A stretch of DNA of 64,000 bases from Azolla caroliniana. Its lineage: Eukaryota > Plantae > Polypodiophyta. Each line of letters begins with the position of its first letter. Within the stretch, counting starts at the first letter, position 1. The DNA lies in assembly GCA_043228905.1 (NCBI GenBank), contig JBHGNT010000004.1:15686001-15750000 (forward strand), read 5' to 3'. The notes under the pieces are model-generated. The model searched no databases. It was not told the DNA's origin and was given only the letters and a program-made list of their open reading frames with translations. Below are positions 1 to 13,889 of this stretch, one piece after another. The position numbers and the translations under genes are program-made.

Positions 1-2079
1 TATTCATGCTACTCAATAGTCTAGTTGATGATTGTGATGAAGATTGAGGTGAAGGAATTGATGACATTGAGAGTCATATGTAGTGGATCTTGAAGGGCTA
101 AGAGGATGGATGTGCTCTTGAGGTTGTCATTGTGGGGATCACGAGATAACTTCGGAGCTATTACTAGAAGTGAGAAAATGGGTCGAAAATTTCCCCAAGT
201 TCTTTCGTAGACCTTATAGAAGAAATAATTGGTTTCCTATTAGAAGATATTTTAGCATCATGTGGAGGGTTCAACGTGAAAAGATAACAATAACATCTCA
301 TTCATAATATTGTATAATATCAAGAAAAAGTGGTCATTAGAATAAAATGCTAAGAGATACCAATACAAACAATAAGGCGATTCATAAGGGGTAATCATAC
401 AAATGAAAAAGTAAAATGGTTCCAATGCTATTAAGGGGGAAAAAAACACACGTTCACTCATGTTAAAGAAGGCACTCTCATAAAATGAACCAAACTTCTA
501 TTTTTAGAGAAAAGGGGAAGAAAAAAAAAATGCCCAACTTGGTATAGCGGAGCTTTTTATTTTTCTTCTTCCTTATTTTAAAGGGTGGCTTTTCTTTAAA
601 AAGGAGGGTTTCCTTATTGTGAAAAGGAAGAGAATTATTATTTATGGTGTTGGTGGGAGTTGGAGCTTCTTCTTCTTCTTCTTCTTGTTTTACGAGCTTT
701 TGGAGATTATTGACGTTTCTGGGGAAATTTTGTAGGGTTGCTTATTATTTTTGCTTAGCAATTGTGAAGGATTTGGTTTCTTTTTTTTCTTCCTCGTTGT
801 TGAGTAATAGGGCTTCTGTTTCACTACTACAATACAGGTGTTTAGCGACATGGAGATACATCCCTCCCATATTTTCATTGTACGACGCAATTAGCGATGC
901 ATTTTAGGTGTCATTGTATGGTGCGATGTCATGAAATTACGTATGTGAGTGTGAAAAGTAAGATGGACCACAAATGAGTTGAACTAGAGAGGATGGGAGT
1001 AGTTTACACCATTGATGATTTCTTGTAAATGCACATGCTTGTGCTACTCGAGCGGGACCATGGAGTCTTGGACTAGGGAGGACACAAGGGCTAGGAGGGT
1101 GTGGACATTAGGTGACTCAAAAGCTCTTGGGAGTTGAAGGCTCGTAGGAGTTGAACGAAGTGACGAGTCAAACGACGATTAACGCACGAGGTTAAGATCA
1201 AAATATGCCATTAGCACAAGGAACATGAGATTATGAAGGATTTTTACACAATAATGAGATCAAAAGGGCCTCTTTCTAAGTCGAAACACAATAGATTAAG
1301 AAAGAACCTTTTATAGAGTAGGGTTTACAAATGTACATAGGGAATAGGTAGAATGGTGCTAATGAGAAGAGATACCATAAGCGATTAGAAGATAACCATT
1401 AAGTTTAGACAGAAATGAAAGTTGGGAGTTAGCCCAATTTTCGGTGAAGGCGTGAGTTAAGTGGGACACTGAGACCACGACTACCTCTGACGGCTATGAT
1501 GCCTTGAGTTAGAGTAGTGTCCTTGGGCCACTTCGTCCTCCCATCAATGACCAACATGTGAGTTTGCCTAAACCCTTCTTTGAAGCCACCAATATGTAAT
1601 GATGCTTGGTCGAGAATCAGTCTCAATGTATGCTTGAGAACAAGAAGAAGAAGAACTAGAACCCTAAATACTCATGAAGAAGAAACCTTAACTCCTCAAG
1701 TATGTTGAGGAGAAGACGAAGAAAAAATACGAAGCAAAAACCCTAATGTTACACTCTCGAGGTACAAAATGAGTGACCTAAAATAAACCCTCTTCTCTTC
1801 CTTTTATAGGAAAAAGAGGAACCTAAATTTGGCATTCAGTGCAAATATTCCTCTTTTTCTTTGGGCTAAACTAACAAAGAATCGAATTTTGCAACACATC
1901 ACGACAATGTGAAAGCTTTCATTGACATTTAATGTTCACATTTACTTACCTTCAAGGAGTTGAATCTTCCTTTCACAAAATTCTTGTGAAAGTGTAAGGG
2001 TTTTGCCTTTGTGTGTTTTTAATTATATATGTATATGTTCGGATATCTTTGATTTTGTTTGTGCATGTGCTTTTGTGCC

Positions 2080-2120
<41 letters not shown>

Positions 2121-2713
2121 TGCTTCTATATATGAACGAATGTATGTATATATATATTGTGGTGTGCATATGTTCCTTTGTGCCATCCTTTTAGCACACC
2201 GTTTTTAGCATGCATGTGGCTAAGCCAACCCAAATGGGTACCTTTTATCGACTATAAATTGAACAAGAAGTACGAAGTTAATGTAAGCGTATGATAAGGA
2301 GAAAAGAATTATAGATAGATAGATAGAAAGGAGAGAGAGAAAGAAGGGTGATGATCCACACGACCACTCCCGAGCGAAGGGATCGAGACGGACTCGAGCA
2401 TCGATCGGCGTCCCATACTACCGCTGTGGCATCGAGTCATACCTGGTGTTGGCGTGCTCGCTACAAGAGTTGAACCACCACGAAATAGAGTCTCGACGTA
2501 GTCAAAAGATGATGAAATGAGGGTAGCTAGGCCTCTTATTTATAGCAATACCCAAGGCCCCCACCCCATACAAGTTCACACTTGGTGTAATGGGTTGTCT
2601 CAATCCCGAGGATTAAAAGTAATCCTCCCCTTCTTTACACTCTCGTTTAACCCTCACACTTATCCATGTGTATAGAATACTATGGTAAATTCTCACCACG
2701 GGATATTATATGG

Positions 2714-3130
2714 TCATGCTCGTAACATACTCCCCCTCTTTAAAACATTGCACTCTTGCAATGGAAAGTTAGGGAAGTTAGTTCTGAGAGTATTTTCGCG
2801 TTCCCATGTGGCATCTTTTATTGATTTATCCATCCATTTTATTTTAAATTCTCGGATTTCTTTAGTACGTAATTTTTTTGTTTTAACATCGAGAATTCTT
2901 TCTGGTACATGTGGTTTAGAAGATAATTCTTTCGAAGTAACTAGAGTTTCAATTGTAACTGTATTGTCGCCAGAACTTAGAAGTTCTTTTAGACGACTCA
3001 CATGAAAAACTAGATGAATTTCAACACCATCGGGAAGAGCGAGACGATAGGCTGATGACCCAATGCGTTTGAGGATTGTAAAAGGTCCACAAAACCGTGG
3101 GGCTAACTTAGTGCACTTACCCTTAGACAA
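2714..3130 (-). pseudogene. Integrase C-terminus (GPF motif) plus chromodomain of the chromovirus
   Basis: ORF reads KLAPRFCGPFTILKRIG..AYRLALP..VFHVSRLK then PERILDVKTKKLRTKEIREFKIKWMDKSIKDATWE. Confidence 0.85.
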
Positions 3131-3436
3131 TGTCTTAGAATTGTGAGGTACACGTAAAAATACCTTCTGTCCAGGGTTGAATACACAAGTTTGCCTATGA
3201 TGATCGGCATAAAAACGCGCGCTCTATCCTGAGCTGTTTTTATATTATGTTGTGCAATATGCAACATATCTTGCATATCCCAAAGAAAGTTTTGCGTACT
3301 TTGCAACTCATGATGATGTATATTAACATCAATCGGGGCTCGTGGCGAAAAACCATACATCAACTTAAAAGGACTATATCCCGTCGATGTATGCTTGGAG
3401 CTGTTATAAGGAAAATCCAGAATTAGGAGATAACGT

Positions 3437-4157
3437 TGTCATGCCTTTCGGCTCCGGATCGTTGCGTGAGTCGGGTGGGAACCGCCGAGGTTTTGGACTA
3501 GGAGGAAAGAAAAATACAAATAAGGCTAGTAAAGAATAGGTATAAAGAGTTATAAGATAAGAATCTCGTGAATCCCACGAGTTTAGTATATTTAGTCAAT
3601 ATTTAGGTAGTAAGAGAGAATTATTTTAGCAAATTCGTGAATCCCACGAATATTTTAGATTGATTGATCATTATAGAAAAATAATCAACAAAACTACAAT
3701 GTGCTCCCCATCCTTATATAGTGATGGGAGAGACTAAGCATAACTACATGCTTTTTCTAATATGTTCATGCACACTAAATGTGCATGTGATGCTTTTCTA
3801 ATCCTTGCTTTTATTTGCTAAATATAGTGCTCATGCACGCTAGATGTGCATGAGTCACTTTTTAGTTGCTTGCGTTTTTCTATAAAATATTCACGCACTC
3901 TAAAAATGCATGATTTACCTTTTAATAAAGGTAGGCGCAAATAAAGCACTTATAGTTATTAAATCTATTTGTAGAACACTAAAGATAAGGTAGCATAATG
4001 GTAAAGTTGAGGTTTGGCTATGTGGAGGTACAAGGTTCAAATCTTGCCCTATACATGTGATAAATATCTTGATATTCTTATTTTATTTATTTATATGTAA
4101 TTAAATCGGTTATATTATTTTTACTTTTTCACGTAGTGTACGAAATACACTACGACA
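3437..4157 (-). mobile_element. Solo LTR (family 'L700'), TGTCAT...TACGACA, inserted in the chromovirus pol
   Basis: TG..CA ends; flanks ACGT (3433-3436) and ACGC (4158-4161); CTATATAAGG TATA-like motif on the minus strand near 3712-3722; clear similarity to 51799-52370 and to the reverse complement of 61906-62563. Confidence 0.7.
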
Positions 4158-5122
4158 ACGCATTTGACCTTTTAGAAGATTAGTAAACGGCGTCGTCAAT
4201 TGGGAGTATTTACGAAGGGATTTTCGCAAAAACCCGACAAAACCAAGGAATGATCGAACTTCTTGAATATTCTGAAGAGTGGGCCAAAGCTTGATTTTCT
4301 CGATGCGAGAAGGATCAATTTCAACTCCTCGTTCGGTTATGAGATGTCCAAGATAAGTAATTCATTTCTTGAAGAACTCCCTTTTTGAGATCTTCGCATA
4401 AAATTATTTGTCATGCAATGTAAAACAAAGTAGACATGTTTAGCATGTTCTTGTAATGTACGACTATTAACTAAAATATCATCCAAACAAATAACGACAA
4501 TTTTTCCAAGTTGTTCTCGGAAAATGTCATTCATTTCTTGTTGAAATGTAGCCGGAGCATTGGTCAAACCAAAAGGCATAACCAAAAACTCATAATGGCC
4601 ATAGCATGTACGAAATGCCGTTTTAGGAACATCATTCTCACTTATACGAATTTGATGGTAGCCAGTACGGAGATCAAGTTTCGTAAAATACTGAGCTCCC
4701 TAGAGACGGTCAATTAGATCGTCAGCCCAGGGCAATGGATACGAATTCTTGATCGTCACTTTATTCAAGCGTCGGTAATTAATACACATACGCCATGTGC
4801 CCTCTTTCTATTTAACCAAGAGAACTGGTGCACCCCATGGAGATTTACTATAACATATATAACCCATTTGTAAATAGTCCTTAAGTTTCTTAGATACCTC
4901 ATCCTCTTTGGATCGACTTAAGTGATAAGCAGGTATACTTATTGATGCAACGCCAAGTACAATATCTATACGATGGTCTATATTACATTTAGGAGGTAAC
5001 CCATCTGGTAGTTCACTCGGAAAAACATCACGAAAATCATTTAAGATTTCATCAAGTTGTTGTTCAAAATATGTTAATTGAAATGAGACATTATCAATAC
5101 TGTAAACGTGAATGTCTGAATC

Positions 5123-5545
5123 AAGTACACAATAAAATAGAGTAGAACAAGACAACTTGGATATTGATGGAGAGGAAACAATCGAGAGGGATTGTTTTTT
5201 TACACATTGAATAAAATGAGTACAATTGTTCAGTACAAAAGTTATTGAATGATGAACCCAATCAATAGATAAAGAAGAGTTTTTATTATAGAACCAGGGA
5301 TAACCCAGTATTACATAAGTGGTACAAAGATTCATTACATGTAAGTACACAATAAAATAGAGTAGAACAAGACAACTTGGATATTGATGGAGAGGAAACA
5401 ATCGAGAGGGATTGTTTTTTTACACATTGAATAAAATGAGTACAATTGTTCAGTACAAAAGTTATTGAATGATGAACCCAATTAATAGATAAAGAAGAGT
5501 TTTTATTATAGAACCAGGGATAACCCAGTATTACATAAGTGGTAC
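5123..5545. repeat. Tandem duplication of ~200 bp (period 220) in the chromovirus protease/RT linker
   Basis: AAGTACACAATAAAATAGAGTAG... starts at 5123 and again at 5343; both copies end in ...ATTACATAAGTGGTAC. Confidence 0.9.
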
Positions 5546-7374
5546 TTTCTCTATATAAGTATCAATAGAAGTTCCTAATGAATGAATTGCCCCGTTGATG
5601 TATTGTACTCTTCCATCAGCCAAGTGCATTGTATAGGTGTGATCACTTACAGTGGGTTGGATTCCCCATATTTGAACCGAACAATCATTCACATAGTTGT
5701 GTGAGCTTCTTGAATCAAACAAAAATTGTACGGGAGATCCATTGATATACCCATTTGCACGTAGTAAATCATTGGGACCCAATACATAGTGAGGGAAAGA
5801 ACATTGACAATTACTTAAACGATGTGTATAGACCTGAAGGACATTAGGAATCTGACATTTATGGTCTACAATTTTAGCTTTGCTGTCGTGTTCTTTCTGT
5901 TGGAGCTTTCGACATTGCTCTTTTGTATGACCCTTCTTTTTGCAGAATACGCAAAAAGGATGTTGTTGCTTACAATCGCGATCCATGAATTCGTTGGGTA
6001 CCTTGCATTTCCCATTGAATTGCGACTGCTTAGTCTCGGGCGCTTCATTGGGTTTGTTGTGGTCCTTCTTCGAAATGCGTTGATAACGAAGAACTATTTC
6101 AACAGCCTCTTCGAAGGATTTTGGATCCTTATCGCGCACTATCCAATGATAGTCTGAATTGGGGATGCGATTGACAAAACAAGCTATTAACCAGTTGTCC
6201 CCTTTTAGACCCGATTTTTGGATTTGGGTTCTAGCATGGTGAACATAGTCTTCTACCGAGGAAAACTTCCAACTAGAGAGGTTCATTAAAGCTTGTGCTG
6301 CCTCGGTTCGAGAGGGAGGTTGCAGAAATTGGCCCTTAAAAACTGTGCCAAAATCTGTCCAGGTATCGGGTAGTTTCCCCAAAGTTCGGAGCCCACACCA
6401 CCAAGCGACAACCTTACCCCCTAGTTCTTGGCTGATATATGCAATCTTCATGCTATCTGGCGTGGGATAGAGCTCAAAATGAGACTCCCATTGGCCCAAC
6501 CACGTGCAGATTGCTTCTTCGGTTCTTTCCTTTTTTTCCTCCCATAAATGGCTTAACGACAAACGATGGTTCACCCTGTCGCGCATCAGGTCTATTAGTC
6601 TCACGTTGTAAACTAATGACATGTGCCTCGAGAGCAGTTTGAGATTGCCAAAGTTCGGTCATCTGTTGAGCGGTGAAACTAAGGTATTGGCTTATTTGTG
6701 AAAAATACATCTCAATGGACATTTGCCCAGGAGGAATTCCTTGAGTTCCTTCCGCTTGAGCAGATGACATCGGGTCGTTATTTTAAGCCATTGAATGATT
6801 ATTTCTGGCAAAGAAATAGGATAAGGTCAGACAAATAGTCATAACATCATGTCGTGATGTAAACATATCATGGGCAAACATTAATCGATATCATGATCTC
6901 ACGTCAATACCCCTCTAGACGTATGAGATGAGGTTGAAGATCATGTTACTATGGTAACACAAAGGTGTTTTAAAAACCATGGGGGTGACAAATTAATTTC
7001 TTTCCCTGATCTCTATATCGAGAAAGCGAGCGAGGTGACCGAGAACTGGATAATCCTCCAGGATCTCCTCGTGCAAAACTTTGCCCATCAAAATTCAACC
7101 TAGATGGGTCGAAGCATGCTACGGTGTACCAACTTTTGGCCAAAAATTTAGTACTAAATCGAAGAAGAAAATAAACATTAAAAATTAAATAAATTTCAAA
7201 AAACAAAAAACAAATTCATTATGTCACACTCGAATGCACAAAGATATTATACGTCACAATCGAAATGTCCCTAGGCCATATTTAATACATTAATTGTTGC
7301 CCCAGTCTCCTAGGTAGAGTTGTACGAAAGCACACTTGGAGAAGGTATCCATTGTGACAGTTGGTCAGTCTCAG

Positions 7375-7418
<44 letters not shown>

Positions 7419-8457
7419 GTCTCGAAGTTGTCAGACAGATAGTGGCAGAAAGTTAAAGAAAGACGACATATCTATTACAGGTCTATCTCTCTCTTTCTCT
7501 CTCTCACTCCACCTTCGAAGCTCTGTTTCTTTCTTTCTTTCTGTTTCTCTCTCTCACTCCACCTTCGATTATCTATTTCCCCGCGTAGCTATTCTTGTGT
7601 TCCCCTCTGTGCCAGGTTCGATCTCTGAACTCTGTATACGCAGAGATTTTTGTTTCCCTTGCTCATTGTATGTGTTGTTGATTTTCCTTCCTTGTGTATG
7701 CTCGTTTGTCTCCTCTACAGCAGCCTCGTCAACAACCTCTTGCATATAGGTGATTTTGAAGGCTTGGTGTGCTCCGAAGGTGTCGAAATCAACACGGTGT
7801 GGTACCTCTGCAAGTTGTACGACCTCCAGGTATTCTCTGTCCTGCATGCCCAACTGGTATGTTTTCTTTTTGTAAATGTTTCCTGTCTGTCTGTTTTTTA
7901 TTTGCATGTGTATGGCCATTTTTAGGTTTTGATTATTCATAGTCTATGTGTTGCATGCCCAACTGGTATGTTTTTGTTTTCTCTGTGTTTCTCTATGTTT
8001 CTTTTAAAAATGTATGACAATATTTTGATCAAGGTGGTTGTGTGTTAGACATGTTTGTACATGCAACGTAAATGGAGTTGGCTATGATGAGTTGCTATGT
8101 TTTCGTTTTGTTCTTGTTTCCTGTCCATCTGTTTTATTTTGTGTGAGTTTGACATGGATGAGTTTGTTTCCGACTATTTTGGGTTTTTGTGTGTTTGACA
8201 TGGCTTGTACATGCGATGTGATGGAGTTGGCTATGATGATTTACAATGTTTTCGTTTTCTTTGACTTTCCTATCCGTCTGTTTTTATTGTCTGTGTGTTT
8301 GACATGGATGAGTTTTTTTCTGACTATTTAGGGTTATTGTGTGTTTGACATGGTTTGTACATGCAATGTGATGATTTGCTATGTGTTGATGGTAATTGCT
8401 TGAGTTTTCTTCTAGTACATGCATATTCATTCCCTGAGAATTGTGTTGACTAGGACA

Positions 8458-11400
8458 ATGACGAGAAGGACACCCATAAAGAAGACATTGATGAAAGAGA
8501 AAGTGAAGACACCAGTGAAGGAAGGAAGAAGGACACCCATGAAAGAAAGCAAGAAGACACCCACAAGAGAAAGGGTGATGAATTCATCAACACAGAGAAA
8601 GAAGATGTACCACTCCATCAGTCGAGACACACCTCTTGGATGGAATTATTTCCTTCGAGCACGACCTGACGTTTATCCAGAGCTGAGAGAGTGGTTGTTA
8701 AAAACCTGGGGGTTAGCACATCCCGACACAAGGTGAGGATTCCACATAAGTGGTTTGAAGAGGGAATACATGAATTTATTGAAGACGAGATACGAACATG
8801 TTTATGATACAAATCAAATCACTAACAATGAGGTGGGTACTGTTTTTGCACGTGCTTTTGCATGTGAAGTTCAAGGTGGCATTGACGTAAATTGGGAAGA
8901 TTTTAATCGGCACCGGTCAAAACATTACAAAGGGTCCTCTAGTACCAACACTGGCTTGAAGTCATCTGGAACCTCTCATGTGGATATTCCAGCTACAACA
9001 CTTGTCCACCAAGTTCTAGAGGCAAAGGTACAGGCCACAATGACTGAAAAGCATGAACAGATGATGGCCGGTTGCATAGCTTCTATGAGCTCAAGAATAC
9101 AAGCACTACTTGCTGATTTGGAAGCAGTTAAATAAGCTGAGATACAGGTAGAAAAGAAATTTTCTTCAATAAAAACTACATATGAATGGACTGCATCGAC
9201 AATCCAAAATTCAGAAAGTGAGGTGTTGAAAGAGGAGTTGAAGAAAGAGCTGAACAATATGGACACTCAATTAGGTTCACAGATGAGAGACCTTGATACT
9301 TGCAGGAATGCACATGAAGAAATAGATAATAAGTTGTCAGCCTTAAAGTTGCATTCTGAGAACCTTGCATGCTTGATGCAGGATTTAAAACAAAATGGTT
9401 TTGATACTTTGTGTCCATCTGTAATTGAGCACCCAAGTGGCATAGAAAGTACCATTACTAGTATAGCTATATCACGGTATTGGCTTTAAAAGTTATTTAT
9501 TTCTACTTCTCTGGTATAAATAAGTGAGCAGCTAATATATTATAACTTGTGTTTGCAATCTTCCAGGTGTATATTTTGTGGCCTCGGATTCAAGCTGGAG
9601 GCTATGGATGTTGTGATTACACCATGCTTGCACACATATCATGTGCTATGTGCTAAGTATCATTTTGAGAAAGAGAATACATGTATGGACTGTAAAACTA
9701 CAATTGCGGTTGAGTGGTACTATGCTTGGGGTTTAAAAGTACACCCGTACGGTATGTGGCTCTACTATTCTATTGTTTGTATTATATGATGTCAATTAAC
9801 ATTTGGACTAGAACTAGTGTATGCCACAATTCATACTTCAAATTTAGTGTAATCTCTAACAACTATTATGTGGAACCCTAATTATGTGGGTTAGTATTGG
9901 CAGTACTCTTAATATATAATTGGTATGTGTAGTTGAAGGGATATTTTCCAGAATTAGTAGTACTAAAAGGGAACCAGGTACAACATCGTCCAATCTATAT
10001 TGCAACTTGCCTAGTATTAGTTTAGTAAACACTATACTTATAGTACACTGTTGACTGTTAGTATTGTTTGTGTAACTTGGGAATTAGTACTAGTAATGTA
10101 ATTTGGGAACAAGGTGTATAGTAAATTGCTGAATAATAGTACAGTTATTGTAATTTGGAAATGAGGTGTGTCAAACACATATCACGTTTAGTACTAATAC
10201 TGTTCAAGATTAATACTATTGGTGTAATTAGTACAAGTTATGTAGAACACATATCACGTTTAGTAATACTTGTGTGCAAAATACCAATCTACATTTGTTG
10301 GATTAGTACTTAGTAAGTACTACATGGTTCATGATTAGTACTAGTTCTGTACTTTGTGAACTAAGTTACTAGTACATTGCTCATGATTAATACTAGTTTT
10401 GTAATTTGGGAACTGAGTAGTACTTTGTTCCTTATTAGTACTAGTTTTGTACCTTATTAGTACTAGATCAGTAATCTAGAAAATAAGTGAGTAGTACATT
10501 TTGTAGGATTAGTACTAATTGTGTAATTTGACTAAGCCAGTGGTACATTTTTCGGGATTAGTACTTGTGTAATTTGGTAACTAAGTGAGTAGTATATTGT
10601 GCATGATTAGTACTAATCGTGTATATTGGGAACGAAGTGAGCAGTACATTGTTCCTTATTAGTACTAGTTTAGTAATTTAGGAAACAAGTGAGTAGTACA
10701 TTGTTCAAGATTAGTACTACTTTTTAATTTGACTAAGTCAGTGGTACATTGTTCGGGATTAGTACTCCTTGTGTAATTTGGTAACTAAGTGAGTAGTATA
10801 TTGTGCATGATTAGTACTACTTGTGTATATTGTGCATGATTAGTACTACTTGTGTAAATTGGGAACTAAGTGAGCAGTACAGTGTTCCTTATTAGTACTA
10901 GTTCAATAATTTAGGAACTATGTGAGTAGTACATTGTTCATGATTGGTACATTGTGTAATATGGGAAGCAACTCTTGTGACCTACATTATATATTTTAGA
11001 TGATGGTACTAACATTCAAGGTTTTTTTGTTTCTTGTAATGAATGTTGTAGTGTCAAGCAACTCCACGCCAGGGAGGGTAATGGAACAACCAGCCCCTGT
11101 GCCTAAACCCTCAATATCTGCTGCACATTCCAAGGTTCAGGGACCATCATTACCAATAACCTATGATTTTTATGATGAGAAGGGCCATTGGAGCAGTGGA
11201 ACATATGCTTCTACAAACAAATTCTCCAAGCTCCGGTCAACATCAAGAAATAGAGCCCACTAAGAAGAGAAATGCAGTTTCTTTACAAATAGAGCCCAGT
11301 AAGAAGAGAAATGCTGCAAGAATGTTGTATGGAAACGGCAAGAAAGGCAAAGTTGAATGCAATGGTGAGTCATATAAGTTCTCACCTATCCGGAGCATTG

Positions 11401-12751
11401 TCAACCTAATCCATTGTCTAATACCATGTACTTGTGTTACTAGCCGATGACGAAATGATATTTGGTGACGGAGATACGAGTCCAAAACCTGATCGTGAAG
11501 ACGAATTTATCACACTCCCAGGTACACGTCAAAAGACAAACTTTGAAAACAATGATTTAGCTCATAACAACCCTATTTTTGTTGCTATTATAGATCATAA
11601 CAACATTGTTGAGCACCTAGATGTTGTGGAGAAGATGACCGAGCCCACCACTTGCAATGGGGTATCTATGGCTGTACAGTATGACGATGTAACATTAGGT
11701 AAAAATGTGGCCCTAAACCCTATGTTCATTGTTTGCAAACTTTTGAGTATGTGAGTTGATACTAATATTCTTTGGAATCCCATTAATTAGGTTTACAAGA
11801 GCAGTCTGATTCCCAACTGCAATCAAATGAATCGGTAACTTCATGGAGCACAAGTGCAGAGTCAGATTCTGGTCAGAGTCAGAATCAAATTAACCTTTGC
11901 ACGGAGGCAGACTCTGGAAGCACATCTTCCACACATGACGATTGTGAGAAAAACGAAGCATTCATATGTGAAGAGCAGTTGGCATGTACAAACAACAGTA
12001 TGTCTAAAGAAGCATATGAGGAGTGTGGAAAGAATATGGCAAGTACTAAAGAGAAGATTAAAGCCCATGAAGAGTGTGGAAAGAATATGGCAAGTACTGA
12101 AGAGAAGATTGATTGTACTGATAATGTGGCAAGTGCTGAAGAGAAGACTGATTGTACTGATAATGTGTTAGTAGTGTCTACTGATAATGTGCTAGTACTG
12201 TCTAAAGATTCCCATGAGGATCATGGAAAGAACATTGCTAGTAATGAAGAGCAGCTTGATTGTACTGAGAATGTGCTAGTAGTGTCTTGTGAAGCCCATG
12301 AGGATCGTGGAAAGAACATCGCTTTCCCTGAAGATAAGCCTGATTGTACAGAATCCCATGAGGAGTGTAGAGCGAACAACATTACTAATGAAGGTGGGCC
12401 TGATTGTACTCAGAGCGAACAACGTTGTCTTAAGAATGAGGTGACATCCACCGTACAAGAGGAGTTGACCATGACTACTGCCACGGTCCACATACAGGAG
12501 TCTAATACAGCACCTTTGTGGATTTGTGTACAAGCATTGCAGTTGCAGAAAACATAGTTGCTCTCTCAAGCTTGCCACTAGTACAAGGTGCCCGCGCATC
12601 CACGCCTGTCTCTGATGCCTTTGATGATGAAGTGCCACTTAGTCAGCTCATACCTAAAGGCTTTAAGATAAAGAAGAATGTAAAATCAGAAAAATCTGGC
12701 ACCAACAACAAGCGCATTACAAGATCGGCCAAGTTACCCTCTAGTGCCTGA
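8458..12751 (+). pseudogene. Multi-exon accessory gene of the Sola2 element: K/T/P-rich N-terminus, coiled coil, RING-H2 finger, acidic repetitive C-terminus
   Basis: ORFs 8419-8736, 8755-9135 and 9223-9489 share one frame, separated by single stops; exon ~9567-9751 encodes CIFC-x15-CLHTYHVLC-x10-CMDC (C3H2C3); GT..AG introns e.g. 9752-11050, 11365-11443, 11699-11790. Exon borders are approximate. Confidence 0.65.
9790..10960. repeat. Degenerate (T)AGTAC(T)-rich repeat region in the long intron of the RING gene
   Basis: Dozens of ATTAGTACT / AGTAGTACATTG / TGTAATTTGG motifs with local longer duplications. Confidence 0.75.
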
Positions 12752-12974
12752 TTGTCTTTCGATTGTACTTGAACTTTAGTTGTTAGTGATGTTTGAAATT
12801 AAACTATTTGGATATCAAAATACTGTTTCAATTGCCAATGTCAAAAATCCAGTTCATGAATCTGAAATAGTTATACCAGTGTGAAATCAAGTTCATGTTT
12901 AAGGATTGCTTCTGTATTTTGCTCGTCAACATATATCAAAAACAATGGGAATATACTTTTTGATCTAAGTATTC

Positions 12975-13731
12975 TTATTTTACAACATTTTGTTTCTTTT
13001 TTGAGATCATCTCCTAATCCTCGCAAAGTCTTTCAGTCTGTTGTAGATAAAATGCTTGAAAGTCTTCTTAGCTTGCTAGGAAAATTTAGGTTTTCAGGTG
13101 TTGATGATGAGGAACAAAAAATATCGGGTGTTATTGAAGATATACTGAAGTATAGACTATTTCATCAATCCCATTTGGAGGGTAACCAGAATGTGTGCAA
13201 ATTGTTGAAGCAATGTGGGCCATATTTTGATGATATCATCCCAAAGGATGAACCATCCACTAACAGTAGTAAGGAAATACTTACCTTTTTGAGCTATCAC
13301 AAATTATTGTTTCAGGAGTTGGATTATTTTGTTAAGGAAAGGAAGGTCTGTACTTTAAAATCCATAGCCTGGATATTCAGGACTTATATACAAGAAGTTA
13401 AAACTCAGATGGCTTCACAGGACATATCATGAAACAAAAAAGGATTCTGAGAGAATAATTTTCTTTGTTGTCTTCACAGAATTCATCGCCCCCTTTGAAG
13501 AATGAACTTACAGTAGAAAATCTTACAATATTAAAGTCTTTAATGAATTCAACTAACAATCTTCTCTTGGTAGCAAAAGAAGAGCAGATTTATGTGCCAA
13601 CAGAGGACACACCAACTCTTATGAATCTAGACTTTATCAAGAAGATATACAATATTTTTACTCATTTTAACATGGCTCTGCAAAACTTCTATGCTCAAAT
13701 AACATCAGGAAACATAAGTAATATCGGCTAA
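12975..13731 (+). pseudogene. Captured host-gene fragment resembling plant URB2/Npa2 nucleolar ribosome-biogenesis protein
   Basis: FVSFLRSSPNPRKVFQSVVDKMLESLLSLLG...IEDILKYRLFHQSHLEG...SYHKLLFQEL...EQIYVPTED recalls the plant URB2 N-terminal region (recognised from memory); disrupted reading frame, no gene ends. Confidence 0.55.
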
Positions 13732-13889
13732 TATATTATGAAAGATAAGTACAAGTGGTTGAGAGACATAAACACTTTAGAAGAAAGAAGAAATATATCA
13801 ATTCATTTGTCAATCATCAAAATTAATAGTGAACTCCAAGTGGATGTTTTTCAGTTTTTTGGTACAATGTATTGATAGGGTGACTTTCA

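Larger units (their letters stand above)
2282..6770 (-). mobile_element. Degenerate Ty3/gypsy chromovirus (gag-PR-RT ... INT C-term-chromodomain, 3' LTR ~2282-2727; 5' LTR not found)
   Basis: Gag with zinc knuckle CVFCKKKGHTKEQC and protease FDSRSSHNY (5531-6770); RT motifs [32 protein letters not shown] (4337-5401); KLAPRFCGPF plus chromodomain PERILD...KIKW...DATWE (2714-3130); PPT AAGAGGGGGAG (minus strand) next to TGTTAC at 2727. The left LTR end (TGTAAG at 2282) is tentative. Confidence 0.85.

Noticed and set aside
1-1990. Possible decayed element or gene
   Set aside because: Only short ORFs without recognisable motifs; no termini or TSD found
4131-4157. Helitron/Replitron-type 3' hairpin (CGTAGTGT..ACACTACG)
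   Set aside because: TG..CA ends with 4-bp TSDs in sister copies fit integrase-mediated insertion; no CTRR end or HUH gene
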